DNA of 64,000 nucleotides from an uncultured delta proteobacterium. Its GTDB lineage: Bacteria; Myxococcota_A; Polyangia; Fen-1088. Made by a program: the position numbers and the translations under genes. The notes below the pieces were generated by a model that saw only the letters and a program-made list of their open reading frames with translations, was not told where the DNA came from and did no database searches. Shown here piece after piece: positions 50,467 through 60,057 of the stretch. The stretch is taken from NCBI GenBank assembly GCA_963767925.1, contig CAVYGB010000008.1:192001-256000 (forward strand). Reading direction: 5' to 3'. The first letter of the stretch is position 1. Every line of letters begins with the position of its first letter.

Positions 50467-51423
50467 ATGCGCGCGGTGGTATTGCCCCGATTTGGCGGTC
50501 CCGAGGTCCTCGAGCTCCGGGAGCACCCGCGCCCCGAGCCGGGCCCCGGGCAGATCCGGGTCCGCGTGATGGCCTCGGCCACCAACCCCGTCGAGGCCAA
50601 GCTCCGGGCCAGCGGTACCTGGGCCGGCATCTCCTTGCCCGCCGTGATCGGCTACGACGCGGCCGGGGTGGTGGACGCCCCGGGACCCGGGGTGACCGAT
50701 CTCGCCATCGGGGACGAGGTCTATTTCACCCCGGAGATCTTCGGCAACCCGCACGGGACCCACGCCGAGTTCACCGTTGTGGCCGCCGCCATCGTCGCCC
50801 GCAAGCCGGCCAACCTCGACTTCGTCCAGGCGGCGGCCATCCCGCTGGCGGGGGGCAGCGCCTACGAGGCCGTGGTCCGCCGCCTCGCCGTGAGGCTGGG
50901 CGAGACGGTGCTGATCCACGGCGGCGCCGGCGGCGTCGGCTCCTTCGCCATCCAGATCGCGAAGGCGGTCGGCGCGCGCGTGCTGGCGACCGCCGGCCCG
51001 AAGAACCAGGACCTGCTCCGGCAGCTCGGCGCCGACGTCCCCATCGATTACAGCCGCCAGAGCTTCGCCGAGGTGGTGGCCCAGGAGACCGGGGGCCAGG
51101 GCGTCGACGCCACCTTCGACACGGTCGGCGGCGACCTGCTCGGCAAGAGCATCGCCGCCACCCGCCCCTTCGGCCGGCTCGCGACCATCCTCGGGCCCAG
51201 CGGGGACCTCTCCGCCCTCTACAGCCGCAACCAGACCCTGCATGGGGTGTTCCTCCTGCGCGAGCGCGCCCGCCTGGAGGCCCTGGCCCGCCTCGCCGAA
51301 CGCAAGCAGCTCCGCCCGATCATCGAGCAGACGCTCCCTCTCGAGCAGGTCGCCGAGGCCCACCGCCGCCTCGACTCCGGCCACGGCGGGGGCAAGATCG
51401 TCCTTCGCGTCTCACAACCCTGA
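50467..51423 (+). CDS. MDR-superfamily NADPH:quinone oxidoreductase-like protein
   Basis: FGGPEVL, NPVE, GYDAAGVV, VLIHGGAGGVGSFAIQIAK, GKIVL. Confidence 0.92.
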   Translation: MRAVVLPRFGGPEVLELREHPRPEPGPGQIRVRVMASATNPVEAKLRASGTWAGISLPAVIGYDAAGVVDAPGPGVTDLAIGDEVYFTPEIFGNPHGTHAEFTVVAAAIVARKPANLDFVQAAAIPLAGGSAYEAVVRRLAVRLGETVLIHGGAGGVGSFAIQIAKAVGARVLATAGPKNQDLLRQLGADVPIDYSRQSFAEVVAQETGGQGVDATFDTVGGDLLGKSIAATRPFGRLATILGPSGDLSALYSRNQTLHGVFLLRERARLEALARLAERKQLRPIIEQTLPLEQVAEAHRRLDSGHGGGKIVLRVSQP

Positions 51424-51446
51424 CCGCCCGCAACGTTTGCGGGCGG

Positions 51447-51617
51447 GGGGCCGAGAACGGGCACAGCGACACCCCGGGATCGACCATGTTCAGCGCCTCC
51501 TGGAACGCCGCCCACACCGTCGGCTGCGGCACCATCACCCCCGCCCAGAACTACGTCAGCGGCACGGTCAGCAGCGGCGGCGGCGAAGCCCGCATCTACT
51601 GCTTCGCTACCAACTAG
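51447..51617 (+). pseudogene. Orphan 3' fragment of an endostatin/lectin-like lipoprotein gene
   Basis: Reads GHSD...SWNAAHTVGC...GTVSSGGGEARIYCFATN*, matching the C-termini of the nearby paralogs; the 5' part is missing. Confidence 0.85.
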
Positions 51618-51863
51618 CTCGGTCAGCCCGGGGTTGGCGCACCCCGGGCCCTTCGACCTGCCAGGGCGCGGCGACTCCGGGCGCGTCAGGCCGAGATTCG
51701 ACGGGGTTGCCGCGGGGCCTCGCCGCGCTGGGCGCGCGGGGGAGGGGAGGGCACGGCTGACGCTGCGCTGGATGGGGCTGGCGGTGGACTTCGCGGCGGG
51801 CTCCGTCTTAAGGTCGGACCGGCTGCCGGGCGGCGTGCGCCGGGCAGAACAAGGAGGAGCGCC

Positions 51864-52556
51864 ATGAAGTTCACCAGCCTTTCTCTCGCCACGGTCGGCC
51901 TGCTGGCCCTCTCGGGCGGTGCCTGTGGCGAGGAGCCCGCCGGGTACGCCCCGCCCGCGATAAGTCCCCAGCGCAACCCGGTCATGACCTTCTTCGTGAC
52001 CAGCAAGAAGAACGTGACCGGCGACCTGGGCGGTCTGGAGGGGGCCGATCGGACGTGCCAGGAGCTGGCCGAAGCCTCCGGTGGCGTCGGCAAGACCTGG
52101 CGGGCCTACCTCAGCGCCGAACGCGGCGGCCCGGACGGCGGCCCCGTCCACGCCCGCGATCGGATCGGCGCCGGCCCCTGGAAGAACTACAACGGGCTCA
52201 CGGTGGCCAGCAACCTGGCCGAGCTGCACAGCCGCCTGGGCAGCGAGAACATCTTCCGCGACGAGCGGGCCCTGCGGATCAATGGCCAGTGGGCCGAGTC
52301 CCCCGGCCCCAACGAGCACGACATCCTCACCGGCAGCCAGCCCGACGGCACCGTCCTCGCCGGCAAGACCTGCGCCGACTGGACGTCCTCCGCGGCGGAC
52401 CTCAAGGCCCAGGTCGGTCACTCCGACGGGCTGGGCCCCATGATGGCCACCACCGGCACCTATACGAGCTGGAACTCCTCCCACGAAAACGCTGGCTGCA
52501 ACGACACCGCCCCCCGAGGCGGCGCCGGCCGCTTCTACTGCTTCGCCACCAACTGA
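51864..52556 (+). CDS. Endostatin/C-type-lectin-like ('lectin') lipoprotein, copy 1
   Basis: SD AAGGAGGAG; lipobox GGAC; MTFFVTS..GDLGGLEGADRTC..WRAYLS..ARDRIG.GPW..HDILTGS..C.DWTS..GHSD..WNSSH..FYCFA. Confidence 0.88.
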   Translation: MKFTSLSLATVGLLALSGGACGEEPAGYAPPAISPQRNPVMTFFVTSKKNVTGDLGGLEGADRTCQELAEASGGVGKTWRAYLSAERGGPDGGPVHARDRIGAGPWKNYNGLTVASNLAELHSRLGSENIFRDERALRINGQWAESPGPNEHDILTGSQPDGTVLAGKTCADWTSSAADLKAQVGHSDGLGPMMATTGTYTSWNSSHENAGCNDTAPRGGAGRFYCFATN

Positions 52557-52682
52557 CATCCCCCGCGACGCACCGGAGGCGAACCTCCAGCGCCCGTCGG
52601 GAGGTCCAGCCGGCGGAGGCCGTTAGCCTCGATGCCGGTGGTCACGCCGGTAGCCCAGCCAGCTCTTCCACAGAACGCCGCT

Positions 52683-52745
52683 CCCTCACCTCTCCCCGCG
52701 GTCTGCCGGGGGGAGAGGTCGGCGCGTCTGCGCGCCGGGTGAGGG
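52683..52745. repeat. Multi-hairpin intergenic palindromic element (REP/CIR-like), possible terminator between convergent genes
   Basis: CCCTCACC...GGTGAGGG outer arms; ACCTCTCCCC/GGGGAGAGGT and CGGCGCG-TCTG-CGCGCCG inner hairpins. Confidence 0.7.
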
Positions 52746-52756
52746 GCGCTCGACCG

Positions 52757-55513
52757 CTAGTAGCGGAAGTTCAGGCCGAGGCGGATGCGGAAGGGGTCCA
52801 TCCAGCCGCGCTGCACGCCGAAGTCCTGGCGGTCGTTGGTGGCCACCGAGTTGGCGGTCCGCAGCGCCAGCAGGTTCAGCACGTCGACGTAGAAGTCGAG
52901 GGCCCGGCCGATGAGCGGCATCAGGTTCACGCGTCCCTGTACGTTCACCTCGAGCTGGTCGGGGAGGCGCAGCTCCCGGTCGTCGGTCGGATCGTTGATG
53001 TTGGTGCCGGGGTTGATGCCCCGGGGGGCCCGGTAGACGTCGTAGGTGGTCGTCTCGGGGTTGCGGAACAGGCGGTCGTAGGGGAAGCCCGAGGTGTAGA
53101 TGGTCCGGCTACCGAACGAGAGCCAGGGCGTCGCCTGGTAGCCGATCGCCGCCTTGATCGCGTGGCGGTGGTCGTCGGGCAGGTAGCCGTAGAGGAAGAC
53201 GTCGCGGCCGGGGATGTCACCCCAGGCGTTGTTCGTGCCACCGGCGACGGTCCCTTCCAGCTTGCTCCAGGTGTAAGAGACGTTGGCCTTGAAGCGGCCC
53301 TCGCGCTTGGTCAGGCCGAAGCTGACGCCGTCGTAGCTGCCGTTCCGCGCCGGCGGGCGTGCCGAGGTCGCTGATGGTCTCGGCCCGTCCGTTCCGGTAG
53401 GCCCCGGTGGGCTCGAGCCGGGTGCCCCCGGTGTTCCAGACGCGGTTCGGTCTCGTTGATCTCGTACTGGTTGTTGAACTTTCGGTGCACCAAATCGAGC
53501 GAAAGCGCGATGCCCGGCAGCACCTCCCGTTCGGCGCCCAGCGTGAGCTCGAGCGTGCGGGGCACCTTCAGCGCCTGGCGGCAGGGCTGACCGGCCTCGT
53601 CGAAGCCCGAGGGTCCGCAGGGCAAGCCGATGGTGTTGCGGGAGGCGCCGCCGCTGAACACGCAGTTGCTGTCGTAGGTCGTAGGTGGCGGCGTTCCACA
53701 GGCAGCGCTGCTGCGCCTGCCCGCCGATGGTGTGGCGGGCGACCGCGCCCGACGTCCAGGTCGACGTAGCTGCTGACGCTGCCCCGGATGGCGGTCCGGC
53801 CATCGTGGGTGGCGTCCCAGACCCCGGCCAGACCGGGCGCCCAGGTGCCGTTGTTGATGACGTCGTCGCCGGCGCTGTTGCCGGCCCGGGCGTAGACGTG
53901 CGACAGCGAGGGGGTCACGGTGAGGTGGCGGGTGGGGCGCCAGTTGTCCGAGAAGGTGAGCGACGTTCTTGGTCAACGTGTCGGTGCCGATGAACCAGCC
54001 GTAGCGGGGCTCTTCGTAGCGGGGATCGTTCGAGTAGTAGGTCGTCAGGGCCAGCGGCACGTTCCCGTTCAGCTCGAAGAGCTGGTCGCCCGGGCGCGAC
54101 TGCTTGCGGACCTCCTGCTCGGTGTAGTAGCGGTTCTTGATCTGCAAGTTGTGCTCGCCGAGGAGCTTGGCGGCCGACCAGCCACTCGAGCTGGTTGATG
54201 AACTGCAGGGCGTAGACGTCGGTGCGGGTGTGGTTGTTGTTGTTCTCCAGGCGCTGCTGGCGGGGGAACGTCTGCAGGACCGAGGGGATCTCGTCGCACA
54301 GCTCGGGTTCGGTGCGGCAGCGGGAGGGGTAGATGTGCTCGGGGATGTAGGTGCCGCCGACCTGGCTGCGGAAGATGAGGTCGTCACGCAGGACCGACTC
54401 CCAGATCAGGCCGAGGAAGATGCGCTGGGTGCGCCGGTCTTCCTGGGCCTCGGGCTCGATCGCCCACCCCGCCGAGGCGGTTGATCTCGTTGGGCAACTC
54501 GTAGTTGGTGATGGCCGAGAGCTTGTTCCGGCTGGTGGCCTGCCAGGTCAGCTTGATCGACCCCTTCTGGATGATCCGCTGGGCGGGCAGGGGGTCGGCG
54601 AAGATCCCTTCGATGTCCCGCTGGCGGCCGTCCTGGGTGATGTGGGTCTCGGTGTTGAAGAAGAACCAGAGCTTGTCCCGGATGATGGGGCCCGCGATGG
54701 TCGGGTTGATGACGTAGTAGAAGGTGTCGACGCTGGAGTCGCGCTGGTCGGGGAAGAAGCGGAGGGCGTTGCTGTCGGCGGTGGCGTTCAGCTCGAACTC
54801 GCAGCGGTTGGACCCCGAGCGGGTCACCAGGTTGAGCACGCCGCCCGAGGCGGTGGGGTTGTCGGCGCCGTAGCCGCGCGGTCTGGATCTCGAAGGCGGC
54901 CGAGGACTTCAGGCTGGGGGAGATGGTCTTGCCGGGAGGCCCCATGTCAAAGCCGTCCTGGGTGACGATGGTCTGGTTGGCCGCCCCGCCGCGCATGCGG
55001 TTGGCCACCGAGCCGGCCACCGAGCCGAGCATGTCGCGGTGGATGTTGTCCCGACCGCGGTGGGGCAGGGCCTCGACGAAGTCCGAGCTGAAGTCCTCGG
55101 TGACGTTGGCCCGCGTGGTGCTGACCAGCGGCGCCTTCTGCACGACCACCACCTCGTCGACCGTGGTCTGGACCTCCATGAGGAAGGTCAGCTCGGCCGG
55201 CGCGGTGATGCCGACCTGGACGTCCTTCTGCACCACCGGGTTGAGCTTGGCCGCCGTGGCCCGCACCTCGAAGTTCCCCGGGATCAGCGCCCGCATCCGG
55301 AAGGAGCCGCTCTCGTCGGTGTAGGTCGTCTTCGGCCCCGCCGATCTGGGTGCTCGAGGTGGCCGTCACCCGCACGCCGCTGATGGGATTTCCGGCCTGA
55401 TCGAGCACGTAGCCCATGATCGAACCCGAGTCACCGCCCTGGGCTCGAACCAGGCGTGGCGCCAGCAGCAAGACCAGCGCGGTCCCAAGGACCAATAAGC
55501 CAACTCTCTTCAT
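52757..55513 (-). pseudogene. Oar-like TonB-dependent receptor, broken by about 9-10 frameshifts (sequencing indels or pseudogene)
   Basis: SD GGAGG; signal peptide and carboxypeptidase-regulatory-like domain (GSIMGYVLDQAGNPISGVRVT); plug GYGAD..ASGGVLNLVTRSG; GPIIRDKLWFF; C-terminal FRIRLGLNFRY. The pieces are spread over several ORF-track frames. Confidence 0.88.
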
Positions 55514-55928
55514 GGTGTCGTTACCTCCACGCAACCAGCGGGGCATCTTGCCCGCATACTGCCAAACTTCTCTTACCGATTGAAGACCATGCCTTTTCTC
55601 CTCAAATGAGCCAGTTGGGGGATTGACAGATCGAAACCATCTCCCCCACCACGCCGTGCCACCTAACGCAACCCAGCAGCGAGAGTCACGTCGCCAGCCG
55701 GGCGGGGAGCCCGCGGTTCGGCAGCCGGTTCCAGCGAGGACGCTCCGGACGAGCAGCGCGCGCGGCTGTGGAAGCTCTGAGCGCGCTTCCGGCAACCAAG
55801 CTCGTCGGCGATCCTCCTACGGCCCTGTCGAGCTTGCCCGGATAACACCGGGTGTCATTCCGGGATGGACGGTGCGGCGGATCGTCGTTAGCGTGAGTCA
55901 CAGATGAGCCTTGTGTCGCGAAACAACA

Positions 55929-57616
55929 TTGCGGAGTTTCCGAGATGACCGACGTGGCTCGCTCCCGACGCTGCGGTCGATCTGGCCGGTCCTGCTCTTC
56001 TCGGTCGGCTGCCTCGCCACCCCGAACCAGGCTCCTGACGACGTCGGGCGCCTCTCCCCTGGCTCTGCAGGCGCCGGCGGTTCAGGCGGGGCGGGCGGTT
56101 CGCTCGCGCCCGCGCCGGGGAGCGCGGGTGCCAATGGCCAGAGCGCCGTCCCTGGCGCCGTCTCTCCCGGCGATGGTCCCGCTGGACCTGCCGGAGGTGC
56201 CGGCGGCTCTGGCCCCGCCTCGCCTCCCGCTGCGGCTTGCGGAAACGGGCAGCTCGATCCCGGCGAGACCTGCGAACCAGTGGCCGACTGCCCGACCTCC
56301 TGCCCGGCGATAACGTGCGCCCGCCAACGCCTGGTCGGCACTGCTGACGCCTGCAACGTCCGTTGCGAGGAAGAGAAGATCACGACCTGCACCAACGGGG
56401 ACCAGTGCTGCCCCCGCGCCGCCAATTTAGCCTGCACCGCCATCAACGACGCCGAGTGCGCCGCCGTCTGTGACAACGGCGTGATCGAAGCCGGTGAGAC
56501 CTGCGACCCGAAGGGAACGTGCCAGGACCCGCGCCGAGGTCTGCAGGGATGACCGAGATACCCTGCGGACGCTGACCGGCGACTTCAACGCTTGCACGAC
56601 AGCCTGCACCGAGCGGAAGCGTCCCTGCCAGGCGGGCGACTCCCAGTGTCCGAGCGGCTGCACCGCCCTCACCGATCCCGAGTGCGCCGGCTGCGGGAAC
56701 GGCCGTCTGGATTCCGGCGAGACCTGCGATCCCCTCTCGTCCTGCCCGACCGCCTGCCCGGCCCAGGGCTGTCAGCTCCGCCGCCTGGTGGGCGGCGGCA
56801 CCTGCGAAGCCCGCTGCGAGGATGCCGGACCGCAGACGGCCTGCCGCTCCGGAGACGGCTGCTGCCCCGGATCCGGCTGCAGCTTCGCCAACGATCGCGA
56901 ATGCCCGGTCCGCTGTGGCGACCCCGACGGCATGTGCCCCTCGAGCTGCGCCGCCGGCCAGGACCCCGACTGCCGCAGCCCGATGGCCAGATCTGTCGGA
57001 GCGACGGCGAGTGCGTGAACGGAAACTGCGTCGACGGCATCTGCTGCAACACCCGCTGCGACGACGGCTGCCGCTCCTGCCGCACCAGCGGCCGCCTGGG
57101 CACCTGCTCCCCCCCGAGCACCACCGAAACCTGCGGCAACGGCCCGAACGGCGGCAACGGCCGCGACGACAACTGCAACGGGCAGACCGACGAGGGTTGC
57201 TGCGGGGCTAAAGGCCAGATCTGCTGCCGAGGCGACGACTGTAGTGGAGCGCTCGTATGTCAGAACAACCAATGCGTTGATTGCATCGATGGTTCAACCC
57301 GTTGCACCCCAATAAGTTGCGAATCGAGAGGTGCGTGAACGGGGCGTGGTCACAGTCGCCTTGTCCCCCTGTCGTACGGTTCAGTCAGACGCTAGCCGGG
57401 AGATGTTGGGACAGCGGATACTTCGAGAACCCAAATAGCGCGACATGCGGGTGTGCGCCCCAGACATGCATGTGCGTCGACGACCATCAGTTCATCAACT
57501 CGTTCTGTGCTCCTAGAGATGGGAGCGATGTATCGATCATCTGTGAAGGTCCGAATAGCTGCGCCAACGGTCGTTGCATCAATCTTCCCGACTCCGGGGG
57601 AGGGCAATGCTTCTGA
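55929..57616 (+). pseudogene. Cysteine-rich repeat lipoprotein (myxobacterial type) split by three frameshifts
   Basis: Lipobox SVGC, Gly-rich linker, CGNGQLDPGETC/CDNGVIEAGETC/CGNGRLDSGETC repeats, CVDGICCNTRC, GRDDNCNGQTDEG. Frame changes near 56525, 56975 and 57308. Start uncertain. Confidence 0.8.
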
Positions 57617-57751
57617 GCTCGAACGGCAGGCAGTGAAAGCCGGTCGACGAGCGCTGACCGAGGAATCGGGCCGAGCCTCTCGACAGCTAAAAGATCGGGA
57701 GCGCAGGCCGGTAACGATTCCCGCCTGTGCTCCCGTTCCAGCGCCGCTTTT

Positions 57752-58717
57752 TCAGTTCGCGACGAAGCAGTAGAATGAGCCGCGACCACCGCCGCTGCTC
57801 ACCGTGCCGCCGATGCCGTTCTGGTTGCCCATGATGGGGCCACAGCCCACGGCGTGAACGGCGTTCCAGGCGCCGAGGGCGGTGCCTTGAATGCCGCCGC
57901 CCATACGGTCGTGGTGGCCGACCGCGCCCTGGCCCATGGTCGACGTCCAGTTGGTGCAATGGCGAGCCATGGGGTCCTTGAGGCCCGTGGCGTTCGAGCC
58001 CGTGAGGATGTCATGGACGCCGGTCATTCCGCCGCCCATGGGGACGACCTGACCACGCTCGTCGAGAGCGTTGGAGGGGCTCCCGGCGACGCGCACGGCG
58101 TTCGCCATGCCGCCCTCCTCGTGAAGCTGCTCGAGGTTCTGGGCGACCATCACGCCCCGGGCGTTGACCCAGGGACCGGTGCCGATGCGGCTCCGCGCGT
58201 CCACGGTGCTGGTGCTCAGGTAGGCCTTCCAGTTCTTCGCCCCGAGGCCTGCCGAGACCGCCCCTGCCAGTTCCTTGCAGAGGGCATCGGCTCCGGCGAG
58301 ACCGTCCATGTCGGTCATGTTGAGACGGAGATCGCCGCCTCGCGCGCTGCCTCGGCTGGTCACGAAGAAGGACATCATGGCGCTCACGGGGCCGGCGGCG
58401 CCGCCGCCGGCGTCGGCGGGGCGGCCGTCGGAGGGACGGGAGTCGGGGCGGCGGCCGTCGGCGGGGCGGGCGGTGTCGGCGGGGCGGGCGGCGTCGGCGG
58501 GGCGAGCGCCACCGGTGCCGGCGCTACCACCTGTGCCGGCGCTACCACCTGTGCCGGCGCTGCCGCCGGTGCCGGCCGAGCCGCCGGTGCCGCCGCGACC
58601 ACCGGAACCGGCGCTGCCGCCGGTGCCGCCGGTGCCACCGCCGTTGGTGTCGTCGGCGGGACAGCCGGTGAGGGCCAGGGTGAACAGCCCGGCCAAGGTT
58701 AGAGCGATGCGTTTCAT
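57752..58717 (-). CDS. Endostatin/C-type-lectin-like lipoprotein, copy 2
   Basis: SD AGGAGG; lipobox LTGC; (GTGGSA)n and RPAD linker; MSFFVTS..GLAGADALC..WKAYLS..HDILTGS..FYCF. Confidence 0.9.
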   Translation of the reverse strand: MKRIALTLAGLFTLALTGCPADDTNGGGTGGTGGSAGSGGRGGTGGSAGTGGSAGTGGSAGTGGSAGTGGARPADAARPADTARPADGRRPDSRPSDGRPADAGGGAAGPVSAMMSFFVTSRGSARGGDLRLNMTDMDGLAGADALCKELAGAVSAGLGAKNWKAYLSTSTVDARSRIGTGPWVNARGVMVAQNLEQLHEEGGMANAVRVAGSPSNALDERGQVVPMGGGMTGVHDILTGSNATGLKDPMARHCTNWTSTMGQGAVGHHDRMGGGIQGTALGAWNAVHAVGCGPIMGNQNGIGGTVSSGGGRGSFYCFVAN

Positions 58718-59110
58718 TTCGAAGCCTCCTGACGAACGTGGTGGATGCTGGCCGGGGCGCGCTCCACGCGCGCGTGGGCACGTGAAGAGCCAGTTGCCGG
58801 TGCCCACCGCGGGATGCGGGACCGTGTGTGACGGGGCCAGCACGGATACTACCCCACCCTAGATGTGTCCTGTCCACCTGCCCGGCACGCACCCGATAGC
58901 CGTTTCCGCACAATTTTACTGCGGTAACGGTTCCAGCGGCCGGTTCGACGCGCCGCCGGGGAAACGGTGCGAGGACGCGACCGGCGCGGTCTGAAGCCCT
59001 GCGCGGAGACCTTTCGTTGCGTATGTGTGCCTCGGGGAGGCCGGGGCCGGACGGCCCCGGCGGGCGGGGAAGCAACGAGGGTCTACTTGCCGGCGGCCGA
59101 GGCCTTCGCC

Positions 59111-59220
59111 GCGGGGCGCGCCTCGGCGTCAGCGGAGGGGGAAGCAGAAGATGGAGCCGCGGGCCGGCGGGGGCGTCTCGGTGTCAGCGGAGGGCGAAGC
59201 AGAAGATGGAGCCGCGGCCG
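59111..59220. repeat. Imperfect 55-bp tandem duplication of the 3' end of the copy-3 gene
   Basis: CTCGGCGTCAGCGGAGGGGGAAGCAGAAGATGGAGCCGCGG (59122) and CTCGGTGTCAGCGGAGGGCGAAGCAGAAGATGGAGCCGCGG (59177). Confidence 0.9.
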
Positions 59221-59936
59221 CCGCCGCTGGAGACGGTGCCCTCGGCGCGGTTGACCGTGTCGGCGTCCATCGCCGGGGCCGGGGCGCAGCCGACGGAGTG
59301 GACGGAGTTCCAGGCGGTCGAGTCGCCGCCCTTGCGGTCGGAGTGGCCGACGATCGCTTCGCCCATGGTCGACGTCCAGCCGCTGCAGTGCTTGCCGTCG
59401 GGATCTCGCAGGCCGCCGGCGGTCGAGCCGGTCAGGATGTCGTGGCGCTCGGTGGGGACGTTCTGGCCCTGCTCGTCGAAGATGTTCTGGTACTCGCCGA
59501 CCAGCAGGTTGTTCATCACGCCGCCCTCCTCGTGCAACTGCGCGAGGCTCTCGGCGACGACGCTCATCTGGGCGTTGTACCAGGGGCCGGGTCCGATGCG
59601 GGAGCGGGCGTCGACCTCGCTGGTGCTGAGGTAGGCCCGCCAGGTCTTGTTGCCCAGCTCGGGCAGGACTGCCCCGGCGAGCTCCTTGCAGAACGCGTCC
59701 GCGCCGGCCAGGCCGTCGGCGTCGCTCTCGTTCTGGCGAAAGTCGCCGCCCTTGGGTCCGCCCCGGCTCGTCACGAAGAAGCTCATGGTCGAGTCGTAGC
59801 GAAAGTCGGGCTGTTCGAGGGCGCCGGCCATGCCGCCGTCGCCGGTTTCTTCCGGAGGAGGCGTGTCCTCGGATTTACAGCTCACGATGAGGGCGAGCGT
59901 GGCGAGGCGGGCGAGGGCAAAGGTAGGCTTCGGCAT
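59184..59936 (-). CDS. Endostatin/C-type-lectin-like lipoprotein, copy 3
   Basis: Lipobox IVSC; same motif series, ending IFCFALR. Confidence 0.9.
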   Translation of the reverse strand: MPKPTFALARLATLALIVSCKSEDTPPPEETGDGGMAGALEQPDFRYDSTMSFFVTSRGGPKGGDFRQNESDADGLAGADAFCKELAGAVLPELGNKTWRAYLSTSEVDARSRIGPGPWYNAQMSVVAESLAQLHEEGGVMNNLLVGEYQNIFDEQGQNVPTERHDILTGSTAGGLRDPDGKHCSGWTSTMGEAIVGHSDRKGGDSTAWNSVHSVGCAPAPAMDADTVNRAEGTVSSGGGRGSIFCFALR

Positions 59937-60057
59937 GGGGGCTCCAGGGGGGAGAGAGCTGCCCCCCTTTAATGCGGGTGCGATCTCCCTGGCAAGGTGC
60001 GGCTCAGGCGCCGGCCGAAATTGCAGAGATCCCCCTACCGTTCGTTACGTTTCACGC

